From: Hormiphora californensis
Lineage: Eukaryota > Animalia > Ctenophora
Reading direction: 5' to 3'
DNA: 64,000 nt
Assembly: GCA_020137815.1 (NCBI GenBank)
Contig: CM035354.1
Span: forward strand, 3,658,001-3,722,000
The position numbers and the translations under genes are program-made. This document shows, piece after piece, positions 1 to 17,064 of the stretch (positions are counted from its first letter, which is position 1; every line of letters begins with the position of its first letter). The notes under the pieces are model-generated. The model saw only the letters and a program-made list of their open reading frames with translations. It searched no databases and was not told where the DNA came from.

Positions 1-32
1 TCTAGCCACTATACCCCAGCACTATACAATAC

Positions 33-3000
33 CTGTAGAAGGTAGGCGTCAGCTGTCACCACGGGTATCCAGCAAATCTCAAGTGTGGAGGTACTGGCCC
101 TAATCAGCTGTACTCGGCTGGGAACGGGGGGTCTATCTGTCTCAAGAAACCAGACGTCTTTGAAACACGTCTGAAACACATGATAGTGTGGGTATGATGA
201 ACATCTCTCTAGCTCTGCACATGATGGCTGACTAGGAGTAACCCCATATCATAATTTAACCCCGGCTACCACTCCCCGGTTTGTTTCGAATGGTCTAAGT
301 GAGTTATGTACCTGGTTATTGTAGGCCCGGTGGAAGCCATCCCTCCCACTGATTATGTACATTCTAGAGTTAACAACAGCAGAGGCGTGGCCCGCTCTGG
401 GTCGTGGTAGGGCATCTTCATACCCCTCTGTATACACTGGCTCCCAGGTTAGGGTCTCTGAAAGGAAAGTGTCGTATCAGTGTCAGTTTGGTAACCTTTG
501 CAAGTCTCTGAATGAATAATTATGGTTCCCAGCACCGGTTCGCTTAGGTACACAGAAAGATTAGAAAGTATAATATGTGGGTTGTGGAGCAAAGCGAATC
601 CTATAAACACGCACCCATGTTGAAGCAGGCGGTTGTGTTGGTACATTTGAATTCCTTCTCAGGTAGGAATACCGTCTTGTTCTTGGTTTTCTGGTTGATT
701 GCTACCCAACCTCCGAATATGTACATCCTGGAGAGGAAGAAGGAACTTAGCTGTTGAATTTGCTATCATCCTACCCATATAATCCTGGCTACCAGATCGC
801 TCGATCTTGTGTTCCATCCCTTCTGAGAAAGGGTCGAGGAGGGTGACATCCCATCCCTAGTCCCTACTATACTAACTTGTTTCCTATCACATTAGCTGTG
901 TGAAGACTCCTGGGGCTTGGTGGTATACCCAGTGCACCCACTGGGATCCAGATCATCTTAGCAAGATCCAATTTCCACAGATCACCCAGTCTCTCTGCTT
1001 TACTGCTCATCCCCCCGAATATAAAGAGGCACCCGTTACGTTCCGTGGCGCCCTTAGTAGCAGCACAGGAGTGGGATTCACGGGGACACGGCGGCTGAAA
1101 ATCAGTTGTTGAGAAATCATGCAATTAATATTTCTTGAGAATCTTCCACTTCGATCCTAACACTTGTCGTACTCGCCCAGATTTCAAACAGTATGCTGAT
1201 ACTGCCCCATTTCCGTCCTCCCAAAGTATACTATTCCACCCAGCCCCACTCCCTAGTTACTCTTGCCTAGCTTGACCCCCTTTACGCGAGGGTTAGAACA
1301 TAACAAATTCACTCACGTCTCCGGCGGGGTCCACCTGAGACCAAGTCAGCGACTGTGGTTCCTCGCCCTCTGCTGGAGGGGCCAGTGAAACACAGTACAT
1401 ATCGTTTAGATAGGTAGGAATAAACAGACTCGTCTCATCCATCTCGCAGGACAGGCCTCCAAAGACATAGGCAGTGTTGCCAACCAAGGTAAAGCTGTGA
1501 CCCAACCTGGGACAAACCTGGGATAGAAAGGATTACATCAGATCATGAACTATTTTCTCAATTCTTTCTGAAATTTCTGAGTAAAAGAAGGGTCGGTACG
1601 AGCTAGATAACAAAATGAACAACTAAAACTAAATATTAGGTCATCCAGTATTGATTGTCGTTAGGCTTGTATAGGAAAATGGTTTGAGATAGACCAAAAT
1701 GGACTTCACCACCGTTTTTCTCACTCGATTTTGGATCGGAATACAATGCCTTATATTGGTATGTGGTTGTTCTCGGTTCCCAGCAGGGTATTCTCTCTAC
1801 CCCACTCTTGTTGCCGCTGCACGGGGTTACCAACCTTTTTAAAACGAGTCTCTAGGAAAACTGGTACATTCTTTTAAGCTCCCATGGTGCTTAATCGATA
1901 GCAAATCGTCCAAGGATGATTTATATATGCGATTTAAGTCTCTGTGACTTCACTAATAACCTCTAGAGCAGTAAATGTTACACAAAAAAGCGAAAAAGTG
2001 AACAAAAAACTGGCCCGTTTCGGGGGTTTGTTCGAAAACATCAATTAGTCAATTTCAAAGTCAACAAATTACATAATTGGCTTCACTATGTCTTAGAACT
2101 TACTTAGAACTATCTTTTACTGCAGAGTTTTTGATTATAAGCCAATCCTGATGAGACCCGGAAGTGAAAGTTTCTAATTTTTACCAAAACTTTTTGGAGG
2201 CCAATTGCTCAGTGAAAAAACAAAAATAGGATGTTTTATTACATCTGAAACGATAGATAATTGTCCAATGAACGAGCTTGATGCATCAAAACATCACTCT
2301 GGTACCATTTTTAAGAAGTACAGCAGCTTTAGTTCTTAAACTCGAAAATTGCAATTTTTCATTTGCAGCAGCAACAAGAGTGGGGTAGAGAAAATTGCCT
2401 GGTGGGAACCGAGAACAACCATATTCCAATATCAGGCACTGTATTCCGATCCAAAATCGAGTGAGAAAAACAGTGGTGAAGTCCATTTTGCTATATCTCA
2501 AACCATTTTTCCGATAAAAGCCCAACGACAATCAATACTGGATGACCTAATACTAATATTTCGAGAACATTGCATCTAGATCACATCAAGATCTGGTTTG
2601 TTTGTTACTACTTAACTAATTAGATATGGTTCACTTATATAACAGCTCTTCCCACAGTTCACTTACCGTGTGTTTGTTTTCAATGTGCACTCTTTTCATC
2701 TCCCAGGTCTCAGTATTTAGCCGGTACATATCGTTACTGTACTCGCAGTACTCCTGCATTCCCCCGTGTATATACACATCTCGACCCATGGCCAGCATAC
2801 CGAACGCAGCAACCTGGACAGAGACAGATTAAGGTGATTTTACACACTAATTAAAGTGATATTGTTATGTTTTACAATCCAAAAAATTTGATATTTAATA
2901 CACTAAGGGGAGGGTTTAATCTAATGTAAGGTGATTCTTTACCCCATTAGCTGGCATTTGTCCAGAAACATGGGGTTCGCTCCACTCGTTAGTCTTAGTA

Positions 3001-3349
3001 TTGTACACGTGCAACTCGTCCACGATCCCCTCATTTCCTCCTCCCATTATGAGAATCTTGTTATCAATGGAGATAGCCCGGTGGCCGTGTCTGAGAGATG
3101 AAGTGTAGTTATGGTATATAAGTAGGGTTAAGTTTTTCCTTGGTTACTTTTAGCCTATCGGTTGGAAGCGCGATCAGAAAGTAACAGGTGGGTACTACCA
3201 GTAACTTACCGGGGTCTGGGGGTGGGACCATTACTCTAGCTCTCTTACCGGGGTCTGGGGGTGGGACCATTACTCTTGGTTAGAGCAACATAACGCCATT
3301 TTACATTGGCCATAGATTTGGATTGGAACATGCTGCTTCCCGTCACCAT
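33..3349 (-). CDS. HCFC1: Host cell factor 1-like Kelch/Fn3 protein, multi-exon, 3' end continues beyond window start
   Basis: Spliced exons read [22 protein letters not shown]|[106 protein letters not shown], matching the HCF-1 Kelch repeats and start of the first Fn3 segment; GT-AG boundaries. Confidence 0.93.
1634..2552. mobile_element. Non-autonomous DNA transposon (MITE) in an HCFC1 intron, ~185-bp imperfect TIRs
   Basis: tattaggtcatccagtattgattgtcgtt at 1634 is mirrored by aacgacaatcaatactggatgacctaata ending 2552; arms ~1634-1820 and ~2364-2552; TA at both ends; no transposase ORF. Confidence 0.85.
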
Positions 3350-3691
3350 TTGTAGACCAGCTGGATTCAGACAGACATTGCAGAAACCTATTTGTAGTTT
3401 GGGAATATTTTTTGAACTTGTTTTTTGAATTGCACGTGAGAGTCTGACGAAGGGAATGGGGGTGAGTTATTGAATTGGGACGGTAGAAACAGAAACATAT
3501 AGTTTTTATGAAAACTGAAAAATCTTCAAAAAGTAAACAGACACATCATATCAGACACATCAAATTCAAATTAACAACACCATTTCTACATAGTTCCATA
3601 TTATATCGATCTACCATCCTTCACAGGGAAATCTGCATGATGCTACGTTACTTAGTAACGGTTACTATGGTTACTTAGTAACGGAGTACGC

Positions 3692-9521
<5,830 letters not shown>

Positions 9522-10079
9522 ATTCTAATGGGGAGAAGGGAGAGAAAGGTAAAACTTGTGTGATAAAAACCGGTTGAACTTGTTACCCCTTCTTATCTCT
9601 TTCTCTCCCTGAAAGTGTGTCAGACTAGATGAGGGGTATAAAACACCGTGTCACACCACCAGTATTTTATTGCAACTGAACTTTCATTGTGTCTACATCA
9701 ACTCCAAGTACACCGAGTTCTACAACTACAACTACAACTCAATCAACACCAACTACAAATCCAACTTCCACCCACATAAACAAGATGCCCCGTGTGGACA
9801 GTAACACCTCCCAAGTGTACCAGATTTGTGATCTGGAGGAAAGTTATGGTAAGTGCAGATCTTGATCTACTGAACCCTCGCAGAGCGGTGTGTGTGTGCC
9901 ACATATAAAGTGTATCTCGGTAGACCACCACTCAATACACCACTCTAGCTCGGTCTAGCATCCACTCATTTAGGGATTCTGTTTCGTGATTTAACTCTTC
10001 GTAACAGCTATTGTATCTCACACAAGCCCTTTCTTTTTCAGAGGAAGGATCCAGATCAAGTTGCCGAGTGTCCGATAAG

Positions 10080-11909
10080 ATGAAGCGGTGGCTCCTCATC
10101 GCAACACTAGCTATTTACGGCTGCTTCACCTCCGTCTGCTGCTCCATCCGATATGGGTTCCTGGCGGATTCCTTCTCAAAACGAGACATCCCTGGCCGGA
10201 TTTATGGCTCGATAGAAGGATCCATGTTTATCGGTTACGGTCTGGTATTCATGACTGGAATCACAGAGATGGGCATGAAACGATGGGGTAGCAGGACCCT
10301 CATGTTTCTTAGTCAGCATCGCCTTCTCGGTGGCTAGTCTTGCTACTGGACTGGTGTACTTGATAGAGAGTAACCTGACTGTTATCATCATTTCCACTAT
10401 TCTCCGGGTTATACACGGTATCCTCGCCTACGCCTCCTCTCTCCTTGCTCTGGACCTCATCAACGCTAAACTATCTACTGATTTCGACTAGTTGTAATGG
10501 TATCTTCTGTATGGGCGTGTATGTGGGACATGGCCTCAGTGAGTCTATGGGGTGTGTCCTCTACGATAACATGGGGTACGTGGCGCCTTTTGTGTTCAGC
10601 AGCACATCCTGTCTCCTGACAGCCTTCCTGGTCTTGGCATTCATCCCCGCTGGGAGGACATACCTGGCAACTCAGGATAAATGTGATAATGCTACGATGA
10701 AGCTTGTTAACCCCAAGAATACTCTCACCAAATACCTGGTGTTCCCCCTCATCGCGTGTATGCTGATTAACGCTAACTACGGAGTTCTCCAGGTGAGAAA
10801 AAGAACTTTCTTGTTTTCCTAAACCCACCATAGTAGCTTGCCTAGCTAGACTCTGTTTCGTGCGCCCCGTAAATAGTAGCACTGTTGAATTAAATAGCCC
10901 CTGATTTAATTATTATTGCACTATTTTAACATCTCTAATTACACCATCATCAGGTGACCGTGACTCCGTACCTACACGAAGAGTTCCACAAATCATTCAG
11001 CTACGGAGGACTGGTCCTGACAGCAGTATCAACTGGAATGGCCCTGGGCAGCCTCCTCTCTGGGTCGCTCCTCCAAAGGAGACTAATGACTCCCTTCGTC
11101 CAGATGGCGCTGGGTGGGTTCTTGGTGGCGGTGGGTCTAGTGGTTACCTTCCCGCCTGCTAATATTCCCTTTCTGTACGATAACAGCCCCATTCTGGCAT
11201 TCCCTGGGGTGTTCATTGCGGGTGTTGGTGACCCAATGGTTACCATAGCAACACTCAGATGTCTCTACGAGATGCAGGTAGATAGTTGTGTTTTGTGAAA
11301 AATAGCCATTATATATCATGGAATGCTAGTAGTTCCTAATCCCTCTCAACGCCCCTGCTAGTATAATATAGCACCCCTATTTCTCATTCTAACGGCCACA
11401 GACCCCTCTGATTACTTCCTATATTCTAACGACTACCTCCCCCTAGTTGCAGCAGAGTGGCATGCTAACTCCGCGAAGTACAACTCTGATATCTGGTATC
11501 TGGTTGATGGGTTACTCAGCCTTCTACTACTCAGGGTCTACCATTGCTGGAATTCTAACTGACTACCTCGTATACTATGGTATGTTACGGATGGGCACTG
11601 ATTACATAAATCCAAACTGGCCATCCTTCCACCCAATTAGTTTTAGTCGCTTATTAATTCCAGCATCTCCCAATTTGGGACTATCACTAGTTTCGAGATC
11701 ACTGTCCGGTGGTTCACTAACATTATACCCCCCCTTCACATATTGCCCTCATTCCGCCCAGCAACTATAACACCCTCCCCCTTTCAGAGATTGCCCTGAT
11801 CCTAGCGGGAGTGTGCTTGATAAGTGTGTTTGTTAGTTTGGCGATGCGGTTCCTCGTTAAGAATAAGGAACTGGATGAAGAGAAGATGCCCCTTATCTCT
11901 GGACACTGA
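10080..11909 (+). CDS. MFS transporter, SLC18B1-like, 4 coding exons, apparent frameshifts in exon 1
   Basis: Multiple hydrophobic helices (MKRWLLIATLAIYGCFTSVCCSIRYGF, ESMGCVLYDNMGYVAPF, GVFIAGVGDPMVTIATL, LISGIWLMGYSAFYYSGSTIAG); C-terminal EEKMPLI acidic dileucine-type motif. Confidence 0.75.
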
Positions 11910-12513
11910 GGAGAGAAAGACCAGAACCCCTCCAAGGGATATTATATATCAGATCTGTAGAACAAGAAACTACAGGCATGGGACATATAGTCCAAGGACA
12001 ATAAACACAGACTTTTAGAGCTATAGATGATAAATGGAAAAATATATTGTGGACTGACTGTCTAGGCACACAATTGGTGGCTGAATGACAGGGACATAAT
12101 AATGAATTATGCGGTGATAATATTGTTGTTGTTTTTAAATTTAATCTTGCCCAAAGCATTGAGATTTTACGGCGTGCATCACTGGAACCGTCCTATATTT
12201 GGCCGCTGACCTCAAGTCTCTCAACCTCTGTAACTTTTCATCTGGGGTCATATTGAGGCGGGTTGGGCTGTATTTTGGGGTTTGTAGGGTTGTAGGCGAC
12301 TGGCGAGGGGTCGGGGGGCTTGCTACTGCTTCTAAGCAGTTAGTTGATTAAAAACACAATTTACTGCTGTAAAATTAATTAATAAAATGTCCATACATAC
12401 AGGCCCCGACAATACAGGCCCCGACAATACAGGCTAAGAAATATAAAATTTATAAAATAAAATTAGTTTTAAAAACAAGATTGTTCTCTATTCTGGTATC
12501 AGTGATAATATTA

Positions 12514-13449
12514 TTAATACCAGTAGCCCCTCTCCTCTTCGGAGTCATTATCTTCACTTTCATCACTTTCCCCAAAATAGCAATTAGGCTGATCAAAGTA
12601 TTTACCCTTGTAATATCTATCAATGGGAGTTAGGCGAATATTAGGAACAAGCTCACGTTCACCCACATCAGAACACTGTTGACTGCAGAAATAACTAATA
12701 ATATTAACAAGGTAGTTCTCCATGTCATTTAAAGCGTTGACCAGATCAGTTATTGCGAAGATGAGGTCCTGAGGCGGTATGTTTAGGGTTTCAACAAGAA
12801 GAAATCTGTCAGAGATCAACATTAGCCACGCAGGGTGTTTGCTCCTAATCGCAAACTCAACCATCCACTCATCGGACATCATAGAATCTTCTTCTCACAC
12901 ATCACCATCACAAGGTATTTGAACACTCCGTCTACCTGGTACATGGTTGCCCACGGCAACATCCACTCCCAAACCTCTTTTAGAGTCGCATGCTCGTCAG
13001 CACCCTTCCCATCCTCACCAAGAATCAGCTTGAGGGCCTCCAAGATACGCTGAGGGGCTGAGGGAACGGTCATAGTTCGGGTTCGACCCTCCTCAAAACT
13101 TGAAGCAAGCATGCTTTCAAAAAAAGGGGGGGGGAGATGACAATCTTGTTCCAACCCCCCCCTGGTGCCCCCCCCCCCCCCGAGGATTCTTACCATCCCC
13201 CCCCCTTGTTTCATTTTTGGGAAGATTTAACCTCCCCCCCGGCCCCAAAATTTTAGGTGTTACGCCCCGGAGATCCCGGGCGAGACGAGGACAATCTAAG
13301 AAGTTTTCCGGAGGATCAGTCCTGGCACTAACCGAGGAAGGGACCAACCCCTCACTTTTAAATCCAACATCAAAATATCTGAGAGTTCCACCAGGTATGC
13401 TTCTGGAGAATTTTCACGCGGTTGTAATTCCCAAAAGTTCGTTTTTCAT
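12514..13449 (-). CDS. BTB/POZ-domain protein, intronless, frame-disrupted (sequence errors or pseudogene)
   Basis: FFESMLASSFEEGRTRTMTVPSAPQRILEALKLIL..WATMYQVDGVFKYL is BTB-like; continues in ORF 12514-12882 with an acidic tail; 5' half lies in homopolymer-corrupted sequence. Confidence 0.6.
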
Positions 13450-14937
13450 TTGGCAACTAACGAACAAAAAAAGCCCAAAAAATGGTCAGTCGGTTTTCTG
13501 TAGTGGCGGATTTTGCGAAGACCAAAATTTTAGAGGGAAAATGTGTTTTGTACCATTGGAAAATTAAGGGTTTTTTGGGTTTAAAAATGATTCCCTAAAC
13601 GACAGGGGGAAACCCGGGGTCCCGTTTTTGACAAACAGGCCCATGACAAGATGTGTGATCTTTATTAGAAAACCGGAAAAAATTTTGGTCTAGCCAAGCC
13701 TAAAAAATCGTTTTTTAAAGGGTGCTCCCCAATTCCTTAGGATTCAGCGGAAGATATAAAAAACCGGCACCCCCAAGTCGCAAAGGACTCCAAAAAGGGA
13801 TGAGATTCGGAAGTTGTTTTTTTTTGGGGTTTCCTCGGGACATTTTGTTTCCCCCCCCCGGAAATATAGGGGCATCACTGAATTTTTCGCCCGGGTTTTT
13901 CCCGAGTTTACGGGGTTTTGATATAAAAAGAAGGGCCAGGTAAACCCTTAGCGATGGGCCCAGTCCCTTAGTAATTTTCGAATCCTAAAAAAATCCCAGC
14001 TTTTCTCAAACCCTTTTAGATTTTAAACGGTGACAAAGGCTTGTTTCACTTTCTTCAGCGGTTTGTTAACACCTTTTTGGCATCACCACACATTTTAAAA
14101 ACTTTTAGCTAGGTTTTTCGGACAAAAAACACAAATTCCTCCAAAAAATCGCCCGAATTTTTTTTAACTTTCAACAAGACCACTCGTCAAGGGTGTACTT
14201 AGATGAAAGCTCAAAGACATAAGAACTGTTTCAGCAATTTTGAAGACTATGCTACCTTCCAAAAACAGGGGTGTCTAGCTTAAAACTGGGAACGGAGTTA
14301 ACCGGGTAAAAAAGCTTTAAAAAATGACCCCCCTCTACAAGCAAAAACCCTTTTTTCATCTTGGGCCACCTCCGAAAGTCATTTTTATCTTTTTTTAGTC
14401 GATTTTTCTTTTTCCCAAAACGCTCGTGATTAGAATTAAAAAAAACACTTTAAACGGAAAATAGTGGAACCTTGACTTGATCCCCCCGATATTCGTGTTT
14501 TTCAAAAAACTTTAGGGATTGGAGGTAGCACTGGGTTGGCAAAAAAATTGCCCCGGACGCCGTAAGACCGAAATAGTCCTTCCACTGGGTGTGTCCAGCA
14601 CATTAAAAATTTAAGAAGGCTTTTAATAACGGCGGGGAAGGTTTTCTTCGAGAAATCAGGAGGGAATGGTACTGAGGTGGAACTTTTGAGCCCCCTCAAC
14701 CTTTTCCAAGCTTGCAGAAAAGTCGAAAAAATTTTTTAGGACTTTTTTATCGCTTGGTAATCAAAAAAGTTGGACTTTTCCCCCAACAGAGCAAAAAATC
14801 CCTACAATCACTTCGAGCATGAGTGACGCGGGGAGGGGCTCTGTATAAATTTGACGTCCTAAAGGGAGGGGGGAAGGGGAAGGAAGCGAAAGATTTGGGG
14901 GGGAGTTTAGAGATCTTAGGGATTTTTTTAAGGAATA

Positions 14938-15004
14938 CAGTCGGACCTCGATTTACCAGGATGGTCAGGGAAAGGGTTTCATCCAGTGAATCGGGGTCCG
15001 ACTG
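14938..15004. mobile_element. 67-bp TA-flanked mini-MITE (cagtcggacc...ggtccgactg); partial copies at ~9197-9265, ~17103-17135, ~41517-41550, ~47432-47556
   Basis: TIR cagtcggacc(t/c)cgatt with TA on both sides, Tc1/mariner-pogo-like ends. Confidence 0.8.
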
Positions 15005-15337
15005 TACTGAGTAATTGGTCGGGATAGCAATAGGCGGAAAGGACTATGGGTTATTGGTTCGGGGGGACACTTAGTTAGGCAAGGTAAATATTAAGATTGG
15101 AGGTTTTGGGTGACTCAACAAATTAAAAAAATTAAAAGTACAAAAATAAAACAGCTTTATTCAAAAAATACTCAATCAATCCCTATCAAAAATACACAAT
15201 CAATCCCTATCAAAAAATCACACAGAAACAGAATACTGTAGCTTGTTTGAATTCACACACCATCACTGGAACATACAGTTGGGAGTTTTTGTTTCATTTC
15301 ACTAATTTCACTAATTTCCTCTTTTTCCCAGAGCTCC

Positions 15338-17064
15338 CTAGTCCCTCCTAGCCAGAGAGAAGGGTCTCTTCTCAGAGCAGGGCCAAGTAGAGCTTTCAAT
15401 CTTCGTCCAGTGATTCCTAGCCACTGTTGCTAGTGTACCATCATCCGATAATAACTCTACATCATTTAGCTCCTCTTCATCATCTCTCATCTTCATCTTC
15501 ATCATCATCATCACTCGAGTCACTTTCTTTCTCCTCCTCTTCCAGGTCCTCCTTTTTATCCAACTCGTCCTCTTTGTTCAGGGCTTCCATGAATTTACAC
15601 GAAACCTCCGAACCAATGCTTATCTCTATCGCCTCTGCCAACAATACCAGTATTTCTTTTTCACACAGAGAGAAGTTGAAGTTTTCCAACCAATAGCTTA
15701 TCAGTGGGATCTTGTGGCCAACCATCAGTAGTGTCAGAAGCTGCTTCATAAAGTCCCCATGAAGCTCAAATTCAACTAACATTACCATAACTAAGTCTGC
15801 ATTGGATCTCTTTGTTATTCCGGCCGCTAGTGGAAAGAAATGAAACTGAAGCTTCGTTATGTTTTCCGGAGTTTTCGAAAGAAGATGATCAAGGAAGTTC
15901 CTATTTCCATATTTCACAGCCGAGTCTAAGGCTAGAAGAGCATAGTCCCAGTAGGCACCAAAACTGTCAGTGGGGTTGGGAAGGTGTTTTTTGATAGAAC
16001 CCAAGGCACAATTCCATTGCCCAGTCAACTTTAAAGACACCAACCATTTTCACAAAATCGCTGAAAACACTGAATTCGTTAACTGACAGTAACATTTCAA
16101 GAGTCCCAGTGTAACAAGCATCGACAAAGATTCGAACTGATTTAGAATTGAAGTCAGAAACATCATGTTCGAATTCGTTCTCTTTCTCTATAATATCCTT
16201 CAGTACGGAAGAATTTCTTGCCATGATATAGGAGTTGAGAGGAATTTTGCTGCTGTCTTTCAGAGAAAAGTTCAAGTTACCATGGTTAGGGTGTGAAAGA
16301 TACTCTCTCCCAAAATCAGATCCACGTTTAACCTCCGTATCGCATTGGAATGGTTGACAGTCAATTGAAAATGTTACAACTGAATGTTCGTTTGTCTGCG
16401 TTTCAAAACAGATATCTTCCCCCAACTTTCCAGACTTCACTTCAGTTGAATTTGATCCTCTTAAAGTTATAACAACTGCTCCACTGGGCTGACTGCAGCT
16501 GACTTTACCATCAGCGCCAAACTCCTCCACCTTAAATTCCAGACCCTTACCGTGTTCTCCGTCGATTTCTCTGCCATAAACAATCCAAGTCGATTCTCCA
16601 GCTTGATAACTAGACTTTTGCTGGGGTTCCGAGAGAAAATCCTTTGCCAGGCGATGGAAAACCACTTGGCTCGAATTCGTTTGAGTTATAGCGGGTTGTC
16701 CAAGATAAATGTCTTTAATTGTAATTGCAGCTTCCAGTGTAATTTTTTCGGCCCGAAATAGATCTTTTAGTAGCATGAATTTACTCCACCCATAACCATA
16801 ATTGTTGGAATTTGAAAAAATAATATGCATGCCTTTCTTCTTTCCAGATGATTTCTCCGTTACCGTATAAAATGTAGAGCACATCCATTCCTTTGTTGAA
16901 TACATAGGTTCACAAGACAAGTAAACTTCCAAGTAGTCTTGATTTTTTGATTTAATAGATACTTCAAAAAACCATAAAAACTCTTTAAACAAGGTAGGAC
17001 TGCTTGATGTAGTACAGGAGGGACCAATGGAAGACATCAAAAACTCAGCTGAGATTGTTGTCAT
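15338..17064 (-). CDS. MATH-BTB protein with acidic tail, intronless, two apparent frameshifts (~16000, ~15490)
   Basis: MATH motifs W..DYLEVYLSCE..WMCS..GYGWSKFM; BTB NLNFSLKDSSKIPLNSYIMARNSSVL..SVRIFVDACYTG; ORFs 15967-17067, 15480-16043 and 15338-15523 join up. Confidence 0.8.

Noticed and set aside
2148-2175. CTGATGA..GAAA hammerhead-like core
   Set aside because: Stem II and stems I/III do not pair convincingly; lies inside a MITE
1636-2579. Similar ORFs on opposite strands suggesting duplicated genes
   Set aside because: They are the two TIRs of one MITE
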